Assembly (NCBI RefSeq): GCF_001194135.2
Contig: NC_068981.1
Location: 191,881,582 to 191,945,581, forward strand
Source of the DNA: Octopus bimaculoides
Lineage: Eukaryota
Direction: 5' to 3'
DNA length: 64,000 nt
Position numbers and translations under genes: made by a program. The notes under the pieces are model-generated. The model was not told where the DNA came from. It made no database searches and saw only the letters and a list, made by a program, of their open reading frames with translations. Below are positions 11,434 through 24,721 of this stretch, piece after piece (position 1 is the first letter of the stretch; every line of letters begins with the position of its first letter).

Positions 11434-11470
<37 letters not shown>

Positions 11471-13679
11471 TGGCATCAGTAATTACCATCAAGATGCAAA
11501 ATCTGCAGTGGAAACATATGTAGGTACTGACATGGAAAGATGTATATAATATATCTTGGATATGTAAATCTCTGTTCTAATTTATCAATTTATATATATA
11601 TATATAGATATATATATATGGTCTTAGAAGTACCTTGTGTTCCTATTTCTTAACATCCCAATAAAAATACATTAAATATATTTTTAAAATATTATTTCCT
11701 TTACACTAGTGCTTTTTGTCTGGGGTTCTAAAATCACATTCACTTTATTTTCAAATATCTTTATTATAAATATGTATGTGGACATTGAAGTGGTTGCAGC
11801 TGAGATGCATCTCACAATGTTGCGCCAGAAATCTGTCTACCACTTGCTTTGGTGGTTCCTCAATTTCATATTGTCTGTCACTGCCAATAACATCAATGTA
11901 GTTGAATGGTTTTTGTCCTTTGTCTGAAATTTAACATCGCATAGGGGACCTGGTGTTCAGCAACACTTACTTAGTACTATGCAATCTCCTAGTTGGTCTT
12001 ATGCTCATGTCATAAAATATTTTGAGCTGTCAAGATGTATCTACCATCAAATCTTGAAGCCCTTTTTTTCATAATCTTCAGTTCCCTCTACACAAGCTTT
12101 ATTAACTTTGAAATACTTAATTACCAGATGATGTGAAGCTCATTACAGGCACTCCAGGCTTGTCCCTTGTATGTAAGGAAGTCTTTCTTACAGTCAACAT
12201 AGGTGTTTCATATATCTCTGATATATAAATAGTAACCCTGTGACAAACACTGGTGAAACGACTGGTTTCTTTCTTTTCTTTCTTAAAGACAACAATCACC
12301 AACAATTATTTCGTGCATTTTGATTTGAGAACTAGCAAAGTTTTAATTGTTGGTTTTACTTTTGTATTTTTGTTTCCAGCTGATTTAATATAACTAAAAC
12401 TTTCATGCTTTGTTCCATCAAAACAGCTCAGTAATAAGTTATCCAGCAACAATTTAAACATTAGCACCCACCCACATTTACTGGATGAAATAAGACAGAC
12501 ATAACGATGTGGATATGTTTGAGATTTGTTGTTTCAGATAATCCTACAGCTGATCAGAGATACAGACTCTTAATGATATAGCAGACAGTGAGACACACAC
12601 ACACACATTATATATACACACACAGCTGTCATTAACAAAACATTCACTCAAATAATCTCAAGCAACTCGATTCTCCAACGTTTCTTGGGATATCAAAGTA
12701 ATGATAAAATAAATCTTAAATTAATCCAATTAGTTATTGATGCATTGATAGATTATAGATCTGATAAAAACCAGTTCAATAGGAACGTGGATATACTTTT
12801 ATTGGAAACTTGATTTTCCAATAATTCAAATGGACAACTGAGAGGATCCTCTTCCCATTCACTCCACAAATCAACAGTCATGGGGAAAAATTTAAGGGCT
12901 AAAGATTTTGAGTTTCTATCAGACCTTATCCTTTGCCTGGCTTAGAACCTGGTTTAGAGAAGTCAACTCTGTTGCAAGCATTCAGGTCCCAGGTTTTAAA
13001 ATAGCTTCCTCCCTTCTTTCTGCCAGTCACAGAACCCGTGAAAAGGGTTAGTAACATGTTTACCTCTCCTGTCATTAAAAAAATCAAATCTTGCTGTCTG
13101 AGGGAATAAAAAACTGCTACCCTCAAATACTGTTTATTTGTTTGTTGGAAGAATGTATTGGTAAATTATTGTTAATGGGGAGGCAGGGGTCATCAAAGAA
13201 CTTCAAGAAAAAACAGAAAGCTAACTATTTGATCAATCACCATTCATCATATTTAGGTTTTGTTTATTCAGTAATTTATAAGATGGACGAGATCAAAAAG
13301 GTTCTAAGAAACTTGATAACACAAAATAAATATTGACTGAAGTCATTCGCTTGAAACATCTTTCCTTTGTTAGAAAAGTTTAGAGTATTAGAGAGACTGT
13401 AACACTGCATTGTGAAGATTTATTAACATCATTTTGGAACAGGGATTATTACCATTTCAATAAGAATGGTAATGTTAGCAACCATTCAGAAAATCAATGG
13501 AAATCATTACTAGTTTGAAAAGTAGAATACACACACACACTTAAAACAATGCCAAATTCTTATTCACAGTTTATATGACAATATAATTTTGGTAGAGCCC
13601 ATGAGCTTTGCAGGCCCTCAAAGAGCACTGAGATTGATGCCACCTTCAATGTTCCACTTAAAGTATTCCAGGTCAGTGC

Positions 13680-13745
13680 CTACAGGAAAGACATGAGCAG
13701 GGAGAAGGTTCCAGAGGGATGATGTCCTGGGGAGAAAGGACAGGG
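13680..13745 (+). repeat. Dispersed repeat segment shared in opposite orientation with ~52560-52630
   Basis: AAGACATGAGCAGGGAGAAGGTTCCAGAGGGATGATG vs reverse complement AAGACATGAACAGGGAGAAGGTTCCAGAAGGATGATG. Confidence 0.6.
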
Positions 13746-13996
13746 AGTAGTGCTAGTGCTTAATTTAGGAAAGTGGGGAGCACAAAAAAGAATGATGTGA
13801 GATGGCGACCCAAGTGAATCACAAGTATAATCCGAAAACATATAGAATTAAAACAATAACTTCCTTTCCAGCTTTTAGCTAGCTTCCACATTTATGGATG
13901 ATTTCAGAGAAATAGGATAGGATTGACAGGGGATAGTTTAATTGCTATGTAATGGGCATACTGAATGAAGGAAAGAAATGAGCTGAAAGGTGTGTG

Positions 13997-14044
<48 letters not shown>

Positions 14045-14054
14045 NNNNNNNNNN

Positions 14055-14104
<50 letters not shown>

Positions 14105-14481
14105 GGTTGGGAATTTTATATGAGAGCAATCTATACATTTTAATCATTACCTGTCCTCCATGCTGGCATGGGTTGGACGGTTTGACAGGATCCAACAAAC
14201 TAGAAGGCTGCTTTGAGCCTCCAATATCTACTTTGGCAAGGATTTTATGAGTGAATACCTTCCTTAACGTCAACCATTTTATAGCATGTTATGGACCTTT
14301 TTTTTATGGCATTGGCACTAAGTGAGGTCACCAAGTAACTTACATGTCCCCCACCCAAAGTGAGTTGGGGTATGCAATATCAAAAACAATGTGAGGTGAT
14401 TCACTGTCAAAAAGAAGTTGACACAATTGTGTCATGTAATTACAAAAAAGTGAAGAATTTAACAAAAATACGTATCCTTAC

Positions 14482-14667
14482 CCCAGGTCTTGGAAGGGAT
14501 TGATAAACATGCTTCTCCATCTTTCCTTGGCACACATCATTAACTTCTTTCACTAAAATTGAGAGTTCATTGATTTGACCTTCCCAAGCTTTAGCAAAAA
14601 CATCCAAGTTTCCCTCAGCAATACGACTGCCAGGGTACTGAGCAAAAGTCTGGGCGGCATTTAAAAG
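14482..14667 (-). CDS. CTNNAL1: Alpha-catulin exon (186 nt, phase 0-0): LLNAAQTFAQYPGSRIAEGNLDVFAKAWEGQINELSILVKEVNDVCQGKMEKHVYQSLPRPG
   Basis: Acceptor cttcattttactttcag|CTT; donor GGG|gtaagg; P.S.IA..NLDVF..AWE.QI motif. Not in the ORF track. Confidence 0.95.
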
Positions 14668-15484
14668 CTGAAAGTAAAATGAAGATATATGATTAGAACA
14701 AAATCTAATGTTGTGAAAAGATAAAAAATCTTGACAATGAAATTAATCTTGTGTGCATAATCGCCACCACCACCACCATCAGCATTAAGCTGGCTTCTCT
14801 TGCTGTCATTGGTTGGACAGGTTATCACAGTCAAAGTCAGTTCTTAATCAGAGTTACAAACTTCTTAGATAGGTTGAAGGACAATGTCTGATTTGTACAT
14901 TCCATTTTGGCACAGTTTCTATGTCTGGTCACCTCTCCAATTTGCAAGGCATGCTGGACACATTTTATGGTGGCACCAACAATAAATAGGTTTGTCATGC
15001 TATATTGATTAGACTAAACGGTCCTCTTTGACCAGACATAATAAACCATCCAATGCATGTGGATATGGAAAGTGGACATAAAATGATAATGATGTACATA
15101 TGAATATTGTGTGTGGGTCACTAGAAAATTCTCACAAACCAGTTATTGATATTGATGCATTTAATGGGTGCGTTTCAAGTGATTAAGTAACAATTTGTTG
15201 CAAAAGTAATACTCTCTTCAGCAATTAATTATAAACAAAATATTTCATCTGTAATAGACCAAAGTGAATGGGACATAAACCATTTGAAATATCAAAAATT
15301 GGCTCGTGATAATTTCCTAATAATATACAGCTCACATTAATAACAACCGATCTTATCCTTACTTGGATAATACAGTTGTAACAGGTCTAGAAATGAAATG
15401 TTGATCTCAACACAGAAAATATCTGGCTAAGAGTACTGCATCAAGCATACTACTGAATGTGTGTGTATGTGTGTGACTAATAAA

Positions 15485-15860
15485 CTGTCCAAACCATTTA
15501 TTTTTTTCTCGTTTTAGTCATTCGACTGCAGCCATGCTGGAGCATCACCTTTAGTCAAACAAATTGACCGCAAGACTTATCCTTTGTAAGCCTAGTACTT
15601 ATTCTACCAGTCTCTTTTACCGATCCGCTAAGTTACAGGGATGTAAACACACCAACATCAGTTGTCAAGCGATGGAGGAGACAAGCACAAACACACAAAC
15701 ATACACACACACACACACACACACAACCGGCTTCTTTTAGTTTCCGTCTACCAAATTCACTTACAAGGTGTAGGTTGGCCCGAGGCTATAGTAGAAGACA
15801 GTTGCCCAAGGTACCACGCAATGGGATTGAACCTGAAACCGCGTGCTTGGGAAGCAAGCC
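15485..15860 (-). mobile_element. SINE family A, tail type 1
   Basis: Reverse-complement match to 54255-54612, with internal (CA)n. Confidence 0.8.
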
Positions 15861-16669
15861 AGAAAATATTTTATTTTCAGTTCCTAAATTTTAGAAACAG
15901 ATCACAGATTAATGTTTGGTATTGAAGAGAATAAGATTGGAATAGAAAAAAGTGAAGTTAACAAAGACTGGAAGACAGTATAGCAACAAGTTATTATATG
16001 TTCTGTTTACTATAAACAATAATTAGCTACCAATATTCAAATGGCTTTATGCCTTAATTAGAACATTTTTTCATTTTTTTACACTTATTTTTAAGGTAGA
16101 AATAAGGAAGTTTAGGTTTTATAGCATTTCAGAAAAAAAAAAAAAAACAGAAAGAAAAAAGCACATTATCGTATATTAAAATAATTTTATAGGTTCTATA
16201 AAAACACTAATCCAAAGAGTGGATTTCCCACCTCCAAATGGACATGTGGTGTCACATTAGGGGACAATTCCTATTGAATTAATCAAAGATAGACCATCTT
16301 CATTTTCTATTGCAGTGTTTAGTTGAACATATAATTGCTGACAACCTAAACACAGTATCCAGTCTCCCGACCAATGTGTTGTGTCAGAAACAAAAGTATC
16401 ACTGTTGGTGACATATTTTTCTGGCACAAAACACGTCACTAAACAAGAGGTATACACACATACACACACACACACACGTGTGCATTTCTTTTTATGTTGA
16501 TTTATATTAGAAACGTTTCAACATTAATCAATACTGTTTGTAGAGTACAGAGCTATTATATTTCTGCACAAAGAAGGATGACAGTAACTTTGAAGTTCCA
16601 GCTTGCTAGAAAGTCCAACAAGAGCTAGCAGGCTGAAAGTTCAAAGTCACTATCAGCCCTCTTCTAGTA

Positions 16670-17594
16670 AAAGTATTATAACAGAGAAACTAGCTTTTAT
16701 TTGTGGAAGATGTGTAGGTGCATTAAACACCAGGAATCTACATAAAATAGACTCCCTCAAATGTGTGGGGCGGGGTGTGTGGGATATTTAGAAGTGGGAG
16801 ACAGTTTCTGTTATTTAGTTAGCAGTGGAGGAGGGAGTTCTGAAAGTGTAGCTGCTAGAATAAGAATGAGCTGGGCAAAGTTCAGAGAGCTGCTACCTCT
16901 GTTGGCAAGAAAGGGCCTCTCCCTCAGAGTGAAAGGTAGACTGTATGACATTTGTGTACAAACAGCTATGCTACATGGCAGTAAGACACCGGCTGTGACT
17001 ACTGACAACATGCAAAAGCTTGAAAGTAAAGAAGTCAGCATGCTCTGTTGGATGGGTAATGTCTGTGTGCATGCACAATAGAGTGTAAGTGATTTGAGAG
17101 AAAAATTGGGTATATGAGGCATCAGATGTAGTGTGCTAGAGAGAAGATTGTGCTGGTATGGTTATGCGATGAAGACAGCTGAATTAAGAAGTTCCGATCT
17201 CTAATTGTAGAGGGACATGTGGAAGGGGTAGACCCAGGAAGATGCACAACAAAGTGGGAAGAAAGGGTCTTCAGATGTAGGGCTTCACAGAGAAAGATGA
17301 CAAGGAACCAAGACTTGTGACAATTTACTGTACTTGAGATGACATGTCAAGTTAAGTACAATTGTGGCTGTCTTGGCATACAGGCATGTCCTCTACATCC
17401 CTCTCTCAACTAAGAGATCCTAGTCTTGCAAACTTGTGATGCCAGTGCCCCGTGAAAGTGCCCAGTGCACTCTGTAAGAGTGTAGAAACCACACCAAAAC
17501 AGACAAATAGACCTCAGGTAGCTCTCCAGCTGGCCAACACCTGTCAAAATGTTCAATCCTTGCCAGCAAGGAAAATGGATGTTAAATGATGATG

Positions 17595-17595
<1 letters not shown>
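16670..17595 (+). mobile_element. RTE LINE 3' fragment (end of PHD, RT thumb, C-terminus, partial 3' UTR)
   Basis: AFICGRC, LEVGDSFCYL, AARIRMSWAKFRELLPLL, LSLRVKGRLYDICVQTAMLHGS, then GRGRPRK-like C-terminus with frameshifts; tail ending GATGTTAAATGATGATG. Confidence 0.85.
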
Positions 17596-17629
<34 letters not shown>

Positions 17630-18541
17630 GTAGAATAAGAAATAGAAAATCCTTGGTACAGCATTATATATTTGAAAAAATGAATAGAAAAGGCTTTTCT
17701 AATAATTTTCCCGCTTTAATAATTAGATGTTTGGTAAACTTTTAAGCATCTAATTATTAAAGTGGAAAAATTATCAGAGAAGCCATCTCTATTCATTTTT
17801 CAAATATATATACACACACATATACACACGTCTGCCTGCCTGTCTGTCTGTCTGTCTGTATGTATGTATGTGTATTTACATGTGTGTGTGTATTTACATA
17901 CATACATACATACATATGTATACACACACACCTCCTGCACACACAAAAGGTAGCAATTCAGTAACAGAATCCGGTGCAAGTAAATTATTTGCTCAACTAT
18001 AAATGCCTGAAATGATTCACAAGTGTTAACAGTTTAGTTCAACAGTTACTCTCACTTAGTTCTGTTACCTTTCCTTTCTTTTCTTTTCTCCCCCAAACCC
18101 CACCCCCCACAGAGATGGAAATCCCCTGTGACAAAACAGCAGTTGAGTGTAACAAATGTTCTTCTGCAGAGCCAGCAGCAATGAACTCCACTTTCTCAAG
18201 AGATTCACAATGTTAAGTTACTGACATACAAAAGATCATAATCTTTATCTGATTGGTCCACCAGCTGTCAACAACTACCTTCTCCCATGTATTGTCTAAT
18301 ATATTTAACCTGCCACATCAGGCTCAGATATTTTAACTGTTTTATGTACAAACTGGCTAGATCAGGCCTCTCACATCTACCCCACAATCTCATCACTGAA
18401 ATCTCAAATAATCGGAATGCTAAAGGGTTAAAAGTTCCACCAGAAATATCATGCTACCCATTGTGCACCTATTGCAATTGTGCTTTGTCAAATATAAATG
18501 CACTAAACATGAAGCAATGCAGTAAATATGGAAGCATTGTG

Positions 18542-18755
18542 TTTACCCTTTTGACACCACTCCATCTGTGACCATCCTTGTTTCTATGATATAAGCTTAC
18601 TGTTTTCAAATGATCTTAATCAAAATCATTGAAACCTTCCATAAACCGGCTTAATAATAATGACAAAATTATTTTATTAAATTTTTAATTAGTTTCAAAA
18701 CTAATTGAAATAAAGGCAGTGTATTTCAACAGAAATTTAGTAATGAAGGGTTTAA
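18542..18755. mobile_element. TTAA-flanked MITE, family 2
   Basis: TTTA-CCCTTTTGACACC ... AGTAATGAAGGG-TTTAA; internal similarity to 21671-21902. Confidence 0.65.
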
Positions 18756-19573
18756 TATAACTGATTCCATAAAATCATTGCAAATCATGTAAACCAGTAT
18801 AAAAAAAAAAAGATTGATGTTTATATAAGGGAAAATGCTTTATTGTGAACATTCATCTGTTCTGGTTGGGATGACGAAAGGAGTGTCTATGACCACTCAT
18901 AAATTACATAATTACCTAAAACAATTAGTCAAACACATGGTACTTGCCACCAAGTCATACTTGCAATTGTTGACTTACATGGTATCTGCTTAACAAAAGT
19001 AGACACCTTACCAGATGTAATGGTTCAGGACCAGCTATAGAATATTCCTCCTCAAGTATAGCAAACACAAAGTCATTATTACCACACTCAAAAACCTGAT
19101 CCAATCAAGTTAGGTCTTTGTATTTGTGTCAGCATCCACCTGGAAAGAGTTGAGTCAGCTCCACCCAGTGAATACACAGCATCACTAATAGAAGCTGGCC
19201 GTGTTTGGTAATCAAAACATGCAGCATGGAGACAATCAAACAAAGGATGATTAGATATTAATTCAAAACCTGTTGCTCATTACTAATCCAGATTTCCAGT
19301 GTCCACCTCATTGTTTATATAATCTCAGGAAGGGATCTGCATCACGGATGAGTTGCCTTGGGGGGCAGAAAGTATGACCAAACTATGTTCATCAAACGAC
19401 TGGCACCAAACTTAAATGACTGGAACTATTTGTAGGATTTTCTCACAGAAAATATTTCAACCATAAACTTCTTCAGTATCAAATAACTTCAGGAACACCA
19501 GTCATTTCACAGGTTTGTAAGTTATCTATTAAATCCCAATATGCACTAATTAATACCTCCATATTAATGAGGA

Positions 19574-19635
<62 letters not shown>

Positions 19636-19660
19636 NNNNNNNNNNCCATATTAATGAGGA

Positions 19661-19728
<68 letters not shown>

Positions 19729-19953
19729 TGAAACAATTCACAGAAAACTGGAACTTAAAAACAGATGGAAACATTTAGATATTTATTTTTACTTTATTTT
19801 AGTCATCATGACCAAGGCCATGCTAGGATAACCCGCGATGAAATATGCTGGAGAATAAATTTAAAAACAACCTGAGAATTTTGTAAAACTTTGACATGAC
19901 GTACAAGTATTTCAGTTGAAAATAATAACAAGAAATAATGATATTTTACTTAC

Positions 19954-20046
19954 CAATGGACATGTAACATGAATAACAGATTCATTGTGTTCTGCTGTGA
20001 TAATGAGGGGACCAGTATTAGCTATATGGCGTAAGAGCTTGCACAC
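19954..20046 (-). CDS. CTNNAL1: Alpha-catulin exon (93 nt, phase 0-0): VCKLLRHIANTGPLIITAEHNESVIHVTCPL
   Basis: Long polypyrimidine tract cttttctttttctttctcctcttctatcaag|GTG (AAG acceptor); donor TTG|gtaagt; C(K/R)LLRHI motif. Confidence 0.93.
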
Positions 20047-20934
20047 CTTGATAGAAGAGGAGAAAGAAAAAGAAAAGATATTAGATACATTAAGGTGGCA
20101 TATTAAAATACTCAAAAACGTTGGAGGTTCAGTTAGAAGTTTAGACTTTTCATTTATATATATATATATATATATATATNNNNNNNNNNNNNNNNNNNNN
20201 NNNNNNNNNNNNNNNNNNNNNNNNNNNNNNNNNNNNNNNNNNNNNNNNNNNNNNNNNNNNNNNNNNNNNNNNNNNNNNNNNNNNNNNNNNNNNNNNNNNN
20301 NNNNNNNNNNNNNNNNNNNNNNNNNNNNNNNNNNNNNNNNNNNNNNNNNNNNNNNNNNNNNNNNNNNNNNNNNNNNNNNNNNNNNNNNNNNNNNNNNNNN
20401 NNNNNNNNNNNNNNNNNNNNNNNNNNNNNNNNNNNNNNNNNNNNNNNNNNNNNNNNNNNNNNNNNNNNNNNNNNNNNNNNNNNNNNNNNNNNNNNNNNNN
20501 NNNNNNNNNNNNNNNNNNNNNNNNNNNNNNNNNNNNNNNNNNNNNNNNNNNNNNNNNNNNNNNNNNNNNNNNNNNNNNNNNNNNNNNNNNNNNNNNNNNN
20601 NNNNNNNNNNNNNNNNNNNNNNNNNNNNNNNNNNNNNNNNNNNNNNNNNNNNNNNNNNNNNNNNNNNNNNNNNNNNNNNNNNNNNNNNNNNNNNNNNNNN
20701 TATATATATGGCCATTGCCGATGTCATACAAATGGCATCCGTGCCAGTGGCACATAAAAAGCACCCATTACATTCTCAGAGTGGTTGGCATTAAGAAGGG
20801 CACCCAGCTGTAGAAACCGTGCCAAATCAGACTGGAACCTGGTGTAGCTCTCCAGCTAACCAATTCCAGTCAAAACGTCTCAACCATGCGCATGGACAAT
20901 GGACATTAAATGATGATGATGATACATGAATACA

Positions 20935-21110
<176 letters not shown>

Positions 21111-21670
21111 ACAATACATATACATCACTTTAAGTAGATTTATCATAAATCATTTATTTCACTTATAAGATATGTGAAGAGAAAACAGTAAATTAAGAAA
21201 AATGTTAAGCATCAAAAGAATTATATCAAAATGAAGAACGCTGTCAACTGAAGCATGTGACCAAGGATTCTGAGTGACAGCAAGTAATGCAGTATACAAG
21301 TAAAAGAGGGTTTAGTTACAATGGAGCAGAAGGAAAAGCCACAGCTGGAAATCCCTAACAGTTTTCATGCTGAGCATTGTGTAAGGATATCATTTTCCTT
21401 CATCTCAATGGGGTTTTTTTTTCTTTTTTTTAACGGAAATTACAATATTTACTCCTGTATAAATTATATTTACTATACACAACTTCAAATGAGAAAAATT
21501 AGGGGTGTAAATTATACATGAGACTAAAAAGACAAATCTTGTGCAAGAAATTTCATCTTTATCACAACCACCTTATTTAATATTTCACACAGGCATAAAG
21601 CATCTTGAATAAATTGCTATACTTGCAACAAGGAAATAAAACCAAGAAAAATTAGTCTTGGTCTATTCTC

Positions 21671-21902
21671 TTAACCTTTTCGATAGCAACCTGGCTGAAA
21701 CCGCCTCTGGCTCTGTAATACAAATATCTTGTCTTCAAAAGTTCTGAATTAAAATCTTTCACCAAACCTTAGTCACAATTTATGTTCCTAACACTAGCTC
21801 AATGATAACTAAGTTATTTTACTAAACTCTTTTGTTATATTTAAAATTAATTGAAAGAAACAATGAACATCTCAAAATAAATATGGCAATGAAAGGGTTT
21901 AA
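21671..21902. mobile_element. TTAA-flanked MITE, family 2 (piggyBac-type ends)
   Basis: TTAA-CCTTTTCGATAGCA ... TGGCAATGAAAGGG-TTTAA; related copies at ~300-485, 18542-18755, 25700-25900, 32668-32790, 43796-44014, 53285-53487. Confidence 0.7.
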
Positions 21903-22299
21903 GCTTGCCAATAAACAGGTTAGAGTTGAGGTTGGTGACAGAATGGGACATAATGGGCAAAATTTTGTGGAAATAGTTTAGTTATCTGAACTTGGCAGCT
22001 GGTTTTAAATATTAAGGAAGAGGTCAGAGGTCAAATTGATACAACGAAGTGTAGGAGTGAGTTAAAGATAACTGAGATATAAAATGATAAGGAGTGGGGT
22101 AATTAAAAAGAAATACAAAGAGAATGAAGGAAAAGTCAGAAAAAGAAAAGGAAAACTGTTTTATAAGGGCCATGAAGTTGTAAATGTGAAATGGATATAA
22201 AAGGGTTAAGATTTTATCCTGTAGCAAATGTAATAATGGTAACTAATGTTGTAAGGAGAATACATTCATTATGTACTGCTGCTTTTAAGTGGTGAGATT

Positions 22300-22745
22300 T
22301 GCAGAAGTTAATGGCAACAGAGTGATGCAGACTTTGTGGAGTTTAACACCAAAGATATCACCCACATCAAAAATATCATCATGGTATTATCTACCGATGA
22401 GACATGATGTTGTAGCTAGGACGCTCTATAAAGAAATCCATCAGAAGGATAATCCTGAGGACAAAGAAATAGCCACTCATAATGAAAAAAAAGTACTGGT
22501 GGAATGTCCCAGTTAAAATCTCAATAAAATGTAAGCACAACAGACCTGATATAATGATTTGGGATAGAGAAGAGAAACTGTGCAGTTGTGGAGATTAACT
22601 GCCCAGCAGATGTTAACATAAAGCTGAAGATCAGTGAAAAAGAGAATACTTACACTGAATTATTGAGAAATTTACAGTTACTCTATCCAGATTACAAATT
22701 CAGGTTTATACCTGTAATTATTGGGGCCCTAGTATATGTAACACC
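22300..22745 (+). mobile_element. C-terminal fragment of a restriction-like-endonuclease (RLE) non-LTR retrotransposon (R4/Dong/NeSL-type)
   Basis: CRLC...DITHI zinc-knuckle remnant, YYLPMRHDVVARTLY, YWWNVPV..KHNRPDIMIWD..VEINCP.D.NIKLKISEKENTYTEL...PVIIGAL (PD-(D/E)xK type); two frameshifts. Confidence 0.8.
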
Positions 22746-24652
22746 TGTACCTACTTCATTACACACACACACACACACCCAAGTTTCCATCTGCCAAATT
22801 CCACCCACAAAATATTAGTCAACTTGAAGCAATGCTAGAAGACACTCATGTGTCTTCTAGCTTCTGTCCATATTTGATCGCTAGAGTCATTGTTTGATAA
22901 CTGGTAGATGATGAGGTGAAGTAAATAAACAGGGCTTTCTCAATTAGATGATTTACTAGACCAGCAAGAGCGCAAGACTGTAATTATTATATGACAATAT
23001 AAATAATGTGGGAGGAGATGTGGTAATTAGGCTAGCAATTAACGATTCTATAATAATAGACACAGTAATGGTTCTTATTGAGGAGGCTGGTTTTAAGGTC
23101 AGGAATGTTTTGAGAATATCTGGGAATTTTTGTCAGATGTATGACCAAAGACATTCCAGTACAGGCGGGGCGGGGGGTATTTAAGACTACAGTACTCTCT
23201 GTGAGTGGCCACTTTTTCCTAAAAAAATGTGAGTGAAATTTAAAGGAGATTTGGCACCTATTTCTACCAGGTTGGGTAACTACATAGTGATTCCCTCATT
23301 GATCAGAGTTGGAATTTGAGTAACCAGATGATAATATAAATCAAATATTTTTAGGTTGGCAAATATTTTTACTTTCAAATTAGTTTTGTGGCTGTTTAGT
23401 CTCAGGTCAACCCTGACTGAGTTCAAAGGAATTCCAACTGTGACCACCCTCTCTTTGGGGGGGATAGTGTCTCTCTAGGGATATATCATATAACATATCA
23501 TGTCATAGACTTTATTTAAGATGACTTTATTTAAGAAGTGTGTTGTTTGTGTTAGCTTTTGCTATTTCTAGCGGGATGAGCAGAGTGACCTATCTTGTAG
23601 TCTCAAAGCCAGCTGGGTTGGTGCAAATGGCATGAAAAAGGGGAGGAAAAATAAACATTGATTTAATGAAGAACAAGTAAAAATACAAGCTATCTTAAAG
23701 CATAAGCATATGGGGCAGTTGCCTGGGATAGTCCACAGATTAAGGGCCCTTCTGATCTATGCATGCTGTAAACTGCTGTCAATAAGAGATAACAAATACA
23801 ATAGGCCCCATAATCATCATTTAATATCTACATTCCATGTTGGCATGGGTTGGACAGGATCTGATGTGTCCGATTTAGCATGGTTTCTATGACAATGCCT
23901 TTCCAAATGCCAACCACTTTACAGTGCATATAGGGTACTTTTTTCTTCATGGCACCAACTCTAATGAGGTCACCATTCAGCCTGCCAGATTAAGGTCTTT
24001 GACTGAGTGGAGCTACAATAGAGAGGGAGGTATCTTTATGCTATCAGATTAGGGGTTAAAAATAAGAGAGATGGGTCCAGAGCAGAATAGGTTTCTTGCT
24101 GTAAAAACACAGCTACTCACATCTTAGAAGAGAGTGTGTGACCAGGGGGAGGGGTTGCTATAAAGCTGTTAAGACAGCCCAGTTTACAAAAGGTTTCTTA
24201 ATGTGCTAGAAACAATCTCATCAAATTGTGCCTTAGTATTTTGACGCAATAGATAATGTAGTCTGTGGTAGACTATATCTACAAAAACATGAGGTGGTCG
24301 TGGACTGGAATGCCTTTGATTGCAGACCTGCTCTATCCCTAATTAAAGCCTGTTAAATAACAAATAAAAAAAATAGAGCTTCTAATTTGGAAGAGGTCAT
24401 TAGAATTAGGATAAAGATTGTGAGAGTGTGGGGAACTAATCTTATTCTTCAACTGGTTTCAGTCATTGGACTGTGTCATGCTGGAGCACTGCCATCAACA
24501 AATTATTCAAGAATATTGACCCTACCCTCACCACACACCAGTATTTATTTTTAAGTCTGGTACAATGTAACTTATTTTCGCCCATGCTATTTATCAAACA
24601 GCTAAGTCATGGGTCATAAACAAACAAACACTGACACACAGTGCAAGGGTGT

Positions 24653-24721
24653 ATTCATTTAACCCATGCCATTCATTTAACCCATGCCATTCATTTAACC
24701 CATGCCATTCATTTAACCCAT
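24653..24721. repeat. 18-bp perfect tandem repeat x3.8 (ATTCATTTAACCCATGCC)
   Basis: Units at 24653, 24671, 24689 and partial 24707; abuts the RTE tail. Confidence 0.95.

Noticed and set aside
15363-15386. 24-nt in-frame microexon look-alike (TCYNCIIQ; tttctag|..|gtaagg)
   Set aside because: No homology, and flanking exons already join correctly; such sites arise by chance in 64 kb.
19559-19725. Duplicated CCATATTAATGAGGAACC(AG)n around a 10-N gap
   Set aside because: Same contig-overlap artefact.
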